Assembly: GCF_006345805.1 (NCBI RefSeq)
Contig: NC_043004.1
Location: 14,198,001 to 14,262,000, forward strand
Direction of reading: 5' to 3'
DNA: 64,000 nucleotides
Source of the DNA: Octopus sinensis
Lineage: Eukaryota
Under the pieces are notes generated by a model, which was given only the letters and a program-made list of their open reading frames with translations, was not told the DNA's origin and made no database searches. How positions within the stretch are numbered: position 1 is the stretch's first letter; each line of letters opens with the position of its first letter. Shown here in pieces: positions 39,278 through 52,645 of the stretch. A program made the translations under genes and the position numbers.

Positions 39278-41790
39278 GGCAGAGAAACGTACTTTATACA
39301 TTGTTAGGCCATTAAAGCAAACACACCAGATTGTTCATTTACAGAGTCATGTGATAGAGAAAACGGGGAATAGAAAATAGAAAAGTAAACAAATAAAATA
39401 AAGAGGCAAAAGCGGAAAGAAAATTCACAGCGACAATGCTCTTCTCAGTACGTGTGACGTACCAGTTAAGACAATCTTTTGTACTTCCTGCATGGATGGT
39501 AAATCAGAAATAATTCTTAAATAAATTTAAGTTTCTTCTTTGATCATTCCAAGTGCTCCTACAATCACTGGTATTGCAACCGTCTTGAGATGTCACATCT
39601 TTTCGATTTTGATTACCAAATCTTTTACTTTGCTGAGATATTATGCTTACAGGGTTTGCTCATGTCAATCAATAAACAGACTTCAATGTTTTGGTCTTTC
39701 ACAACAATATTTGGTTTATTTGCTTTGATGGTCCGGTCTGTACACAATGGGAAGTCCCATAGGATAGTTACATTTTCTCCCTCAGTTACAGTCTCAAAGT
39801 GATGCTTGTACCATTTGTCAGCAGTTTTGTTTTTATAATACCGACACATTATCCATAATAGATATTGGCCAACTCAGGTGCTAAAACATTGCATTCAGAG
39901 ATTACGTGGTTCACTGTTTCTATTCCGTCGTTGCAGCATTAGCACTTTGGGTCTACACCATTTTTCATCATATTGGATTGATAGTTCCGAGTCAATAAGC
40001 TCTTGGGCAGCCAAGATAAAGCTTTCACTCTCTAAATTTAGCCCTGAGATCCGTAGCCACTGATGGGTGTGCTTATGTTCTACATCAACTTGTTTGCTAC
40101 TGGCCACATGTTTGCCATGCAGAGGTTTTTGTTCCTGCCTATCAGTCAATTGTTCAAACGCATTTTGCTTTGTGATTGATTTCGCCTTCTTTGCAACTAC
40201 AGTTGCTGCACTACCCTCATGCTGTGAATTATGCATAAACTCACAAGAAAATCGTTTGCTCTCCTTCATAACAGAATGAAGCTTCTTACATCTTTCATGG
40301 CTTTCAACAAGCTTTAGCAACCAGTCGTTTGAAGTTTCAAGATATGTTGCTAGTCCAATTGTGGTGGTTTGTAAGAAATTTCAAATTGGACCAAGCCTCT
40401 ATCTCCTTGAGCTCTGGGTAGGTAAAGACGATCTGCGTCTGACTTTGAGTGGTGCATCTTATTGCAAGCCTGCGGCTTACAGATTATCCTGTCAATCTTC
40501 TTTATTTCGCTCAATAACCGGAACTGCTAAAGAAATTATATCTAACTCCTTGTTACGTGCATTTAATTCGGATTTTAGGACTGCTTGAACTCTCCTGCAA
40601 TACTCCCTCCTGATCTTCTTTTTCATACTTGCATGCTGAATGCAGAGCCCTTGTTTATTCCGAAGTATTTGTAAATTTGTTCCTGCACGAGTTCTTTTAT
40701 GACTGTGTCAACATCCAAAACCTGAATGTGAGTTCTTGAGTTTCCTTTTCAGGAAAGTGGCCTTGGTACATTTTTCAATACCAAATTCTATCCCAATGTC
40801 ATATCTGAATGCTTTCATAGTATGTTGTAGTCCTTCAAGCTTATTGTTGTCTTTGCTTTAGAGTTTTAAGTTATCCATGTAAAATAGATCACTTATTTTC
40901 TTATTGCCAATTTTATATCCATACGCTGTTCTGTGAAGTTTGCTTGTAAGAGGTATTAGGACTATGCAGAAAACTAAAGGTGAATGTGAATCACCGTGGA
41001 CAATGCCGCAGTTGATATTGATATTTTTTGTGGTCAGTATTCCATTAGAGTAGTATAATTGGAAATTCGTATTCCACACTGACATAGTGTACTTCAGAAA
41101 GTTTGAAATCGCAGAAGAAATTTTGAAGATATCCAGCGATTTCCATGAATGCGGTATGCCGTCGAAGGCCTTTTTATAATCAATCCATGCAGAACTGAGA
41201 TTTCTGCGTTTATTCTGACAGTTCTCAAGGATCTTGCTATTAATTAAAAGTCAATCTTTGCATCCATATGGGCCTCGTCGGCGTCCTTTTTGTTCAGTGG
41301 GGAAAATATCGTTCTGTTCCATAAGTTTGCATGTTTTCTCCACAAGGATGGATGTTAAAATTTTATACGTGGTAGATAGACATGTTATGGGCCAATTGTT
41401 TTGGGGGAAATTTAGTTTCGTTATTCTTCGGGTATAGGTAAGTAATATCTCTTGTTAACCAATCAGGTGTTTTTGTGGGATCTCTCATAATTTCATTGAA
41501 TCACTTGACTAAATTTTCGTATGCGCACGGGAGTGAAACGAGTCAGAAATTCGGAACCCTATCATTACCAGGAGATTTCCACTTGTGAGTTTTCGTGTGT
41601 GTCATCCTTACGTTTGCTATTGTGATGTCTTCTTATGCTTGTTCTGGAAAGTTTTGGTAGGATCCTTCTGTACCTGTAATCTAGTCTGCATTTTCATTGT
41701 GATTCTTTTCATCTCTCCAGATATTTTACGGAGGTTTTCAACTTCTTCCATGCCGATGGGGTGTGGTCTTTAACGGTTATTTTCTCCTTC
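39278..41790 (-). mobile_element. R4/Dong-clade non-LTR retrotransposon, large decayed copy with 3' UTR
   Basis: AWIDYKKAFDGIPHS, CGIVHGDSHSPLVFCIVLIPL..ISDLFYMDNLKL, KPLHGK..ESESFILAAQE, WDFPLCTDRTIKANKPNIVVKD..CLLIDMSKP, IPVIVGALGMI. The 3' UTR runs into (AAT)n and the 5' end abuts (GAT)n(GAC)n. Confidence 0.9.
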
Positions 41791-42149
41791 CTTTATCATC
41801 ATCATCATCATCATCATCATCATCGTCGTCGTCATCATCATCATCATCATCATCTAATTCAAAGGTGAATGGCTCCGAACCAGTAGAGATACAGAACGAA
41901 GCGCAATAAGAAATATGGGAATGACATAAAAGGTCTTTATTGAGTAAATTAAGGAGGATTTCGCAATCTGCTTATTATGTAACATAAATTTTGAAAGGTG
42001 CAACTGAGCTTGAAAAATAAAGAAACTTTTCGTGTGTGAGTGGCATATTCATTGTACTGTATAGTTAAGTAAGATGCGACCCTTCCTCTGGATGTGTATC
42101 TTTGTAAAACAAAAGAGGTACTCACATTCTCAAACGTACACGAAAGCAA

Positions 42150-42345
42150 TGACCATGATAGATCGGTAGCTACTACACACATTTATTTTCTATCCTTGTT
42201 TCTCTCCATTTTTTCTTTCTGTGTTCCTTTCTGTGGAAGAGCGTAGGCTCGAAACATTAAAGACTTTTTCAATTCCCGAGCGTTATACTAATACATCTGT
42301 TTGTTTTCTACACCACATGTCTTCGTATTTTTTGTTTTCATGAAT
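42150..42345 (+). mobile_element. Penelope-like terminal-repeat remnant (same family as 6455-6650)
   Basis: catgatagatcggtagc..gttcctttctgtggaagagcgtaggctcgaaacattaaagac..cccgagcgttatactaatacatc, then (TA)n. Confidence 0.65.
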
Positions 42346-42348
42346 TCT

Positions 42349-42416
<68 letters not shown>

Positions 42417-42423
42417 TATATAT

Positions 42424-42464
<41 letters not shown>

Positions 42465-42475
42465 CAGATAGATAT

Positions 42476-42521
<46 letters not shown>

Positions 42522-42543
42522 TATATATATTATATATATATAT

Positions 42544-42658
42544 AAGGACATAGGAAATGTGTCAAAGTCGACAGGAAGCGTCGATGCTTCCTAGGGCTAA
42601 ACAGCGGTGGTGTAATTCCCTTACTGTCACGTTAAGTTGACAGTATACGACCACTATG
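42544..42658 (+). mobile_element. Solo ~115 bp element embedded in (TA)n, homologous to segment A at 9441-9570
   Basis: aaggacataggaaatgtgtcaaag..gatgcttcctagggctaaacagcggtggtgta..tactgtcacgtt..ttgacagtatacgacca, with TA runs on both sides. Confidence 0.8.
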
Positions 42659-43199
42659 TATATATATATATATATATATGTATGCATATCTCTATATGTA
42701 CATATATGTATATAGACACATATATATATATACACATATATATACACATATATATATATATATATGTGTATGTATTTATATCTTTATATGTATATATATA
42801 TACATACATGTACATATTCACACATGCACATATAAATATACAAAGACACACACACATATATATATGTATGTATATATATATATCTATATGTAAATGTATG
42901 TGTGTATGTATGTATGTATGTATGTATGTATGTATTTTTCTATCTATCTATCTATCTATCTATCTATTTATCTATCTATATATATATATATTATATATAT
43001 ATATATGCATATACATGTGTGTTTGTTTGTGTGTATATACAGATACACGAACTGACAGACGTGCTTGTACTTCGCCTCCCCATACACACGCGCGTGCGCA
43101 CTCGTATATATATTTCACTTAGGCAATGCGAGACCAATAAACCGGTGTTGCACTCAATATACATATGTTTCAGAACGAAATGTTAGAAGAGTATAGGCT

Positions 43200-43460
43200 C
43201 CGGCAGTGGGTAGGTCGGTGAACCCTGTTGTACTCTTTCACCACAACTTCCCTTCACTCTTTCTTCCTGTTTCTGTTGTACCTGTATTTCAAAGGGCTAA
43301 CCTTGTCACACTCTGTGTCACGCTGAATCTCCCCGAAAACTATATTGAGGATACACGTGTCTGTGGAGTGCTCAGCCACTTGCACTTTAATTTCACGAGC
43401 AGGCTGTTCTGTTGATTCGATCAACTGGAACCCTCGTCGTCGTAACCGACGGAGTGCCGT
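43200..43460 (+). mobile_element. SINE body and tail (shares central domain with 49537-49811)
   Basis: gaaccctgttgtactctttcaccacaact..tcactctttcttcctgtttct shared with the 49537 element. Tail aatttcacgagcaggctgtt..ggaaccctcgtcgtcgtaaccgacggagtgcc. Confidence 0.65.
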
Positions 43461-46400
43461 AATATGAGGGTTGTTAGCTCAAATCAGATCTCATTGTTTA
43501 TCCTGTCTTTCACTTGACATACAATTTTGTTTTCGTGACTTACACCTTTCGCATGTTAGGTTTTGGATACTATTTCTTACCTTCCTTAATATGAATACAT
43601 ATATGGACACATTTACACATCTCTCTACGCACGCACAACATTTACATACACACTCTCTCCCTCTCTCACAAGCACAAACACACATACGTACATAGGCAAC
43701 GTGTATATTGTAATCATAAACCAGAACCGCGTAGAAAATCACCTTCTACTCGTATATAAACGATTCCATCAAAAATCTTTTGATATAATTGAAATATGTT
43801 CATAAGATTTCCCATCGATGACAGCCTTTTAGAGTAGTGTTTACATCCATACCCTCCAAGCCACCTTTTTCTCTCTGCTTATCTCGAGTGCACTCTGTAA
43901 TATGATTCCCGAAAATATTGCCTATAAGCATTAGATGTTCTTCAGTATATGTAATAACACTTGAAAGATTCATTCATAATCACGATTTGCTATTTTCACG
44001 TGAGGCACTTCAAACATATATATATTTCGAATACAATATTATTTAGCTCTAGACAAACATAATTATGCAGGAAGAGATAGATATAAAGAAAAATAGGAAG
44101 CTAAATAGAGAAAGAAATAGAGAGAGTGAAAGAAAGAAAGAAAAGAAAGAAGAAACAAGTTACAGTGATATTCTTGTAATGTCCGCTCTCCAAATATTTT
44201 ATCATGTTATTCATCCTTAAGTAATTTGTCGAAGAAAAAGTATTACGAAAGCAACGGATGTAATATGATAACATATAAATACGCCATAACGTTTAACGGC
44301 CGAAAAGTATATGGAGTTTAGAAGGAGGTGAATTTCTGAGTATCTTCGTACCCATATTTTATTGACAAGCGAAACGACCATCCGTTCGGTGTATTGGAAC
44401 AGAATTTGCGATTAACAAATACCATGTAAATATCATCCCTACCCATCTTTTTTTATTATAATAGTGCTTTAGCTGTTAAAAGATTACTTACACCTTCAAA
44501 CCGTTTGCTTTCCACTATTAAGAACACACCTTACATCATTATTTGGTTTACATAACCAGATTCTGTAGAGGTCATATCTTATATAACGAATAAGTTCCGA
44601 GACTTAATAGAAAATTGTTTCTGAATTAAACACCATTGTGGAGAATTATTCAGCAATAACAAAACTAAATTGTTTTTTTTAAATCTATAATCCAAACAAG
44701 CAAAGTACTATAAGACAATCCATCAAAGCCAACTAAAAGCTAAGTGTCCATGCAGAAAACAACGATAATTGTTCACTCAGTCTCACTTGGAATTCTGAAT
44801 CGATCATATAAAAAGCAGAAATCACTAGCGCTAACCTAAATAGTAACACAGACCGTAAACATTACATTGGTAAGATAGAATGTAAATTTAACGCTTAACT
44901 GATTTTGAGAGCAAGTGAAAAACCAGTGAGTAATGCAGGTCATACTGGACTGTGTCTTGTTGCCTACAATAAAAGGGAAAAGTGGTATTCATTGCTGAAC
45001 ATATATAAGATTCGCAGATTATTTCAATGATATTAAATCAGTGGCACGTTGATTCGTTGGCGCCAGAATTAAGATCATTATTCTGCATCAGTTTAACAAA
45101 GAGTTGTGGTGATGACGAAAGCAACAGGATAACATTCAGTGAAAAAGTTTTGCATTAATTAAGAAAATTTGTTTGCCAGAAGTGAAGACGATTCAAAATC
45201 TGGATCTAAAAGATTGACGTTTGAAAACTAAAGTTACTATACAGAAGAGTTTATTCCTGCTTTTCAAACGGTAATTCCTCAGGAGAACGACTCTCAAAAG
45301 TTTTCTGCAATGTCTCTCGGCAAAATTTATATTGCAGCTCTCGTCTAAGAGAACATCTCTGCAGGAAACATAAATATAATGTACTACGTGTTTAAAGCCT
45401 CGTTTGATAGAGTATTGCCTTGTCGATTCTCATTTAGCTTATTATCTCTTTATTGAATCCTGTTGATTAAAACCCAACTCCTCTTGTCTGTTGTATCGAC
45501 CCCTGCAAATTGTGTACACCAGGTAAATATCATCGTGCGGAATAGCAACATAATTTCTATGAGTTACCTAAATGCAAGTTCATTATTCTTCACGAAATGT
45601 CGACACATTAATAAACAGTCGCTAAAATGCTTGAAATTCACCCTACCTCCGGATAAGCTTGCCCAATTTGACACATTCTCTTTAAAATGTAAACAGCGAA
45701 TGGTCAGTCATCAAAGTATCGGACAGATATAATATTTGTCCATATTCACACTCATCTCTTAGGCTATGAAATCAAAGCTCAACCTGACGTCAACTTTGCC
45801 TTTCATTATTTCGAAATCGATAAATAAAATGCCTATCCATGATAGCGGTTTGGCAGAGTTGTTAAGTCTTTATAAGGATCTTGTAATATCTGTTCCAGCT
45901 CTGAATTTCATACTTGCACTCTGGTCAGCAGAAAGCAGTTTTGGCCAAGGGTTGCAACCGACAGATATCTTCAGTAATGTAAACAGAGACTGCAAATATA
46001 GATTCCGTAAGATCAGCTGTCACACAACTCCATAACATTTTAATCGATATTTTGAAAATTGTAATCTTTAATATAAATCTTTAATTTCCATGATGAACAA
46101 CATCATTCTCTCGTAATCTTTTATTGAAACTATTGTATATATTTTTTTATTTTTCTATATTTTAATAATTATTTTCGCAGCAATTCCACCAGATTCAACA
46201 CTTCGCTTCAAACCTTATATCGAGGAGAAAGTATGACCTTTTCGTATCCATTTTATTTGTTTTATATCTTCACTACTTTTCAAATTATTTCATGTTTTTC
46301 TCTTTAAAAAAGTTGGACCGACGCAAATACAATAGAAATAGCATGAATCTTAAAAAGTATTGCATTCATAAACAGATGTATGATTAGGAACAAAAGCTCC

Positions 46401-47487
46401 ATATACGTCAGAGAACTTCATATATTTCCGTTTCTCTACCTAGAAACATCTTTTGAGGAATATATATGTTATATCTCGCATATATAATAGAAACGATGTG
46501 TTAATCTATAAATTGAATATATATCTTTATCTTTATTTTACGTTTATGTCTACAGATTTTGTATAGAGATCAGATCATTTGTATACAAATGCATCTATGT
46601 GAACAACGCAGTCGAATATAGGAAAAATAGGTAATGCTTGTATGTGCATATTTCAGCAGTTATTCTGCTTTCATCAGCACCGCATCCAACCCATCAACTA
46701 TCCTCGGGCACATTGCTTAAGTAACCACTAAGTTTAGCTGTGTTACACTAATGGACGGTTAAATTTACATATTAAACACATTCCTAGCAACTGGTACGCA
46801 AATGTTTATTGCTAGCAAGTACATCCATCCATCTATCCACACACATACACAAATATATATATAACGATAAATTCAGGAGGGATGAGAGGTCGATATGTAT
46901 TTATTTAACCACCAGACCTCCATAAGATCACGGTCGTTACGCGGCCTTCTTCGAGTAGTATTAAGAGGGAAGAAATTATGCGCACATGATTACATTAATA
47001 CGTATGCTCGGCATTACATTGTATATTCAAAAATTTATGCAAATAAGAAAAATCTAGCGAGTCCGTAAGAGGACCTTTCTGTGTTAGCCACACGATTCTC
47101 TGAAACAACATCTTATACTACTCCTCTATAAGTGTACACATGAGTGTGTGCGTGTGTGTTGGTGGGTGTAGTAGTAGCAGCAGCAACAGCACCAGCTGAC
47201 GCAGCAAAGTTAGTGAGATCTTGAAGAGCCATAGATTTTGGAACTACTGATAACAGAAATTTTGTGTAAATGTTTACAAAGAACACGATGAACAACATAT
47301 CCCACGATTTTTCTATCAAATTTCCGCATCTTCCGGGTTAGCTGCCTTCACCACGGCTAAATGTACCACACAACCTCGTACTCTAAATGGGCGCCTGGCA
47401 ACCAAACCGCAAAAATCTAAGCCCATATATATGCATATGTATGTATATATGGACTCACACACACACATACACACTCAAATACACGCT

Positions 47488-47707
47488 TGAGGGGGGTGGG
47501 GCTGAAAAGTTCCTGGTTTTAACAGTATCGGGGAAAGTAATGGTTGGAGGCCAAACTTCCGAGTTCTTTTACAGGACTTAGAAAAACTGAAGGACCGGTG
47601 CGATGTCAGTGAATCTGAGAGGGCAATATGTTAAATAAAATGATAATTATCTGATCCCCTCTATTTTCTTTAACCCAAAGCCAGGAACTTTTCAGCACCC
47701 CGCCGTA
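47488..47707 (+). mobile_element. Mariner-derived MITE
   Basis: TIRs gagggg..gctgaaaagttcctggttt / aaagccaggaacttttcagcacccc, typical mariner-type termini. No ORF. Confidence 0.85.
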
Positions 47708-49014
47708 TGTTTAGATTACATGTAATTGGATGCTTATATGAAGGCTCTAAGTTCAATCAACGTGTGATGGGTCTTCTCTTCCTGTATAATGCCTAAGGAT
47801 TACCCTGTTCACCGAGGCTACTTGGTTTTTATGCCGGTCCAGTTGCCAAGGGCCCGAGCATGCATCAAGTTGCACTAGCTTACATATTAGTTTCGAATGT
47901 TGGCACAAGATCAGCAATTTATGGGAAGTAGGATTACATCGCCTCCGTTACTCAACTGAAATTTATTTTATCGATAGCGAAAGACGGATGAAATACCGCT
48001 AAGCATTTGCTCGGCGTGTTAATGATTCTGCTAGCTCGCCGCGCCTTAATATTCTATATTACATATTACACAGAACACCTTGACACACAAATACAACCAT
48101 ACATATCAGTAGATGGATATTACAGTTTGCATTAACATATACTGACGTATACTATAAAATCGTTTAGGAAACATTAAAAGCATTTCAATTATATTCTATA
48201 AATGTTTTTCAGAAGTTTATTGTGCTTTGATGATCTTGGTTGACATTATGCAATAAGTAATTTACATTTTTCAAGTTAGGTAACTCTGAAATAGCTTTCA
48301 TACATTGTAAATGTATTTATAAAAGTAACATACAAGTTGCTTTGATATTCTTAATGTTTTCTTCATCTCTCTATTTTACTTGAAATTTTAACTAAATTCA
48401 TCAAAACTGATCTCAAAACAGCTCTAGTAGAAGATTGTGTAACCTTTATCTTTTATTGTAAAACATACTATTACTTTATGTTTTATTAGTATTCAATGCA
48501 TCATTGCATACACATTTTTATATTAAATATATAGACCACTCCCGCGTTAAAACATCATTGTAACTTTGATTTCAGCACAAATCAAAACTGTAAATGAAAT
48601 AGAATTTCAATATATTTAAAACCATTTCTGTGCAAACCTCATAACAAAACAAACATTTTAATGCCTATGTGAACAGTGCCACTAAATCTGTTGAACAATA
48701 TTTATGAAAATATCCATTTCTTTTTTGGTAAATATCCTACAAGTACGTCAAATAAATTTTATTTCTAAGTTTTGTCTCTATATTTTATACAAACATACAT
48801 GCATACATGCATACATACACATAGACACTCACACAATGTCATTAGTTCGCTGCAATAAAGCATTTCCGTGATGCTTCGTTGTAGTTAAGAGCATCCAGTT
48901 GCACTTGGAACATCCAGTGCAAAGTCACAGCCAATAACAACGGTGAAACGCACGTAGTAAAAAAATCATATAAGTTTGCGTTTATCGTAGTTTTGCGGTG
49001 TATATCATAACTAG

Positions 49015-49235
49015 TGAAAGGCGGCAAGCTACTAGAAACGTTAGCACGCCGGGCGAAATGCTTAGCAGTATTTCTCCTGTCTTTACGTTCTGAGTTCAAA
49101 TTCCGCCGAGGTCGATTTTGCTTTTTATCTTTTCGGGTTCGATAAATTAAGTGCTAGTAGCGTACTGGGATCGATCTAATCGGCTGGCCCCCTCCCACAA
49201 AATTTCGAGCCTTGTACGTTGAGTAGAAAAGGATA
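49015..49235 (+). mobile_element. SINE (second octopus-type family)
   Basis: aaggcggcaagct..agaaacgttagcacgccgggcgaaatgcttagc..gagttcaaattccgccgaggtcga..gggttcgataaattaag. Confidence 0.9.
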
Positions 49236-49536
49236 TAAGAGAACTTGTTTCGAAATAAAGTGTAAATTGAGACATACGTTTATTGGAATATGTATCATTA
49301 ATTTCAATGTATCACTATTTTTTAGACATGAACTTATGCTATGAATAAATGCGAATGAAATATAGTTTGAAACCATGAAACTGGCTTTAAATAAACATAT
49401 AGTATTTTCGTAAATGCGGCTTGATCATCGAATGATCCTATTTGCACATTACATGAACAAACATTTTGGTATAATGCTAATGCTATGCTAAACGGTTGTA
49501 TTATCCTGAATTTTATTTTATTTATGCGCCCTTTTC

Positions 49537-49811
49537 AATTCTAGCCAAACTCATGGGACCGATTTCCCGGTTTCTACGGAGTATGTATTCCCACCAGCTG
49601 GTCGGAACGCCAGTCCTTCGCAGTTTTACTCAAGAAACAGGGAGAAAGAGTGAGAGCAAGTTGGGGCGAAAGAGTACAGCAGGGGTCGCCACCCCCACCC
49701 CCTGCCGGAACCTCGTGGAGCTTTAGGTGTTTTTGCTTGGTTTGGGAATCGAAACCGCGATCCTCCGACCGCGATTCCGCTGCCCTAACCACTAGGCCAT
49801 TGCGCCTCCAT
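49537..49811 (-). mobile_element. tRNA-derived SINE with well-preserved tRNA-like head
   Basis: Minus strand tggaggcgcaatggcctagtggttagggcagcgga..ggtttcgattcc (A/B boxes), followed by a non-tRNA body and tail agaaaccgggaaatcggtcccatgag. Confidence 0.85.
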
Positions 49812-49900
49812 TGTCCTGAGTAACATCTAGAATTTATTCTAGGATGATATAGCCATAACATTCCGTATTACTCTACTTGCGTATAGAATTGTAGTATATA

Positions 49901-50229
49901 CACCTTCTGCTCGACTTATGACCAATGCGACTCACGACTACCCGCACTTGAGACCACAAACAATAAGGAAATTCTTAAAAATAGTTAAATAAACAATTTT
50001 CGGATGACAAGGCAATTGCGCGTACGATAACTATGGCAGCATATGGCAACGCAGGCCTCTTTGAGAGCCAGGCATCCACTGCCTCTCACTGTCTCTCACT
50101 CAGTCGCTTTCAAGCATCAGTTGCGTTTGAGTGAAAAATGTGTTGAACGATATAAATCCGACATGCGACCAGACCGACTTACGACCAGTCAGTCTGAACG
50201 GAACTCGGTCGTAAGTCGAGGTGAAGGTG
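49901..50229. mobile_element. pogo/Tigger-like MITE
   Basis: TA|caccttctgctcgacttatgacc ... ggtcgtaagtcgaggtgaaggtg|TA: TIRs with TA duplication and internal cgacttacgac repeats. Confidence 0.8.
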
Positions 50230-51338
50230 TAATGTTAAGTATATGTATATCGATGTATAATGCACCTATAGAAGAGTCAATAATGAAGATTACGAAACGG
50301 CTGTAATCATATGGAGATTTATGCATGATAGTCCTCAGTATTTCCGTACTTTTGGAAGTACCGAACTTCTGGAGACCGGATAATAATTCTGCACTATATT
50401 TGTCATTTAGCATGGCTGGCCAACTAGAAAACAGAGAAGACTTACTGATGATGTGTCTATACAATTTGTCGAGTAAAATATGTTGATAATATTGATTTCG
50501 AGGAGAATTTTAGCTTTTCCTGTAATCGCTTATTGAGCCATTACATACGCACAGAAACAAAAACACACTGGCAATAAATATTACTTCTCACTATACATGC
50601 TGCTTTCGTCTCTTATAGAGATTTTCTTAACGAGCTAATTTACTTGCTGCAGAATCAGTGACTGTGTGTTACATATTTTCAATATATTGCAAAGTGGGGT
50701 GAAATACTACGCCAAGTAGACGAGTGTCAATCACCGAGGATAACTATAATAAGGTTGAAACCGCACGGTCTAATGGTCACGATAGCTGGAATAGTAGGGA
50801 TTTCTCTCCTCGCTAGCAATATATTTTGAGTGCGTAGTGCACTGGATAACCAGCTGGAGGGGGGGGGTTCTCCTGGGGTTAAAATATCAGTATCGTATGT
50901 TCTTTGAGAACAACTATGTCGATAAACATTAATTCTCATTATAGATACAGCTTTCGTCTTTTATAGATTTTCTTAACGAGTCAATTTGCTTATATGTGTG
51001 TATATGTGTGTATGTGTGTGTAGACATACAATATGCACCTATACACACATACATGCAAGCATACGCACACGTATACTTATTTATAAATGTTTTAAGCTTT
51101 CCGGTCATTGGAAATTGATTGCTAACGAATACAAACACACTTGATAATTACTCTTCCTGCGGGTTAATATTCTTATTGTTCTCGAATTGTTTCATATGTA
51201 CATGGTCAAATCCATCCAACTCCATGAAATATTGAAATATAACACAGAGAATATTATTGCATCCTATTCTTCTATTTAAGAGAATCGACTCGCCTTTGAA
51301 ATGAAAAGACCTCATTTTGCTTCAATATATATAAATAT

Positions 51339-51407
<69 letters not shown>

Positions 51408-52493
51408 CAGTGACTCAATAGAATCTATCAGAACTACGTCGTTGCACTTACTGAATATTCATGTTTCAGTCAACACACTCACATTCACATGAACACTCAT
51501 CCATACATCAATCCAACCAACCATCCATACATCCATCAATCCATCCATACATCCATCAATCCATCCATACATCCATCTATCCATCCATCCATATGTGTGC
51601 GCATGTGTTGCGTGTATGTAGATATTCGTGTGTGTAATTATATATTACAATACTTTTGTACTTTACTTTTACAATTGTATGGTGTCTCCTTGCATGGAAT
51701 CATATTCAATTGTCTGTGAGATTTCAGAAATGATTGCTTGTTGAAACAATTCTCTGTATGGTGGGTGCTGATTATTGGTATAGCGTAAGGACAATAAATC
51801 GATAATGTCCCCAACAGATGCACCAAAGATTAATCATCTTTATATTATTGCAAATTATAAGACCGTGTACACTTGGTTGATTTCAATCAAAGACATTCTT
51901 AGACTTGGGGTATTCAATTATGTGCAAACTCTAAATACAAACATAGAAATACTATCCGCAACATCTCCTTTATTGAAATGGTCGAGTTGTATTTAAAACC
52001 ACTTCTAAATCGATGAAACTACTCCAGTCATAAATCTTAAATCTACGAATACTTGCATGTATACCTATGTATGTATGTATATATGTATGTATGTATGTAT
52101 ATATGTATGTATGTATATATGTATGTATGTATGTATGCATGTACATGCGTGTTAATCTCTGTGTGTGTATGAATAATTTTGTGTTTGTGTGTGCGTGCGT
52201 GCGTCTTTGTGTGTGTGTGTGTATAACAAGGGTGTCTTATTCGCAATTTTACAACCGAAAGGCAGAAATATATACGTCACTATAGTGACTGAGGGCACAA
52301 GTCTTGCTAGAAATAAGAGTGAAAACAACCCCTAGCCACGAGAAGGACTTACTTTATTGACTGATGAAAGAGGCAGGCTCTCTCAGCGTCCGATCATCGC
52401 AGTGATTTCGCACTTTTATTTTAGCTTGTCAGTGACTCTCATCTAGCGCCTTGGGTTAAACGCAATATGTATATATTTATATATGTGTATGTT

Positions 52494-52583
<90 letters not shown>

Positions 52584-52645
52584 TTATATATATATATATA
52601 TGTATATATGTATATACATATACATACATATATATATATATATAT

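Noticed and set aside
44700-45750. Faint LINE-like translation (TKCRHINKQSL.., ..IALSILI)
   Set aside because: Too degraded to assign; not listed as a feature.
46556-46630. 75 nt AG..GT-bounded candidate exon (FCIEIRSFVYKCIYVNNAVEYRKN)
   Set aside because: Splice-like signals are common in AT-rich DNA, and there is no homology or neighbouring exons.
46925-46955. Minus-strand ctcgaagaaggccgcgtaacgaccgtga, PLE-terminus-like
   Set aside because: Both CUGA and GAAA are corrupted. Counted only as weak context, not as a ribozyme.
49740-49811. tRNA-like sequence
   Set aside because: It is the head of a SINE, with no acceptor-stem closure and a SINE body attached.
52366-52400. ctgatga-a-agag-gcagg-ctct hammerhead-like start
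   Set aside because: No GAAA after helix II and no helix I partner.
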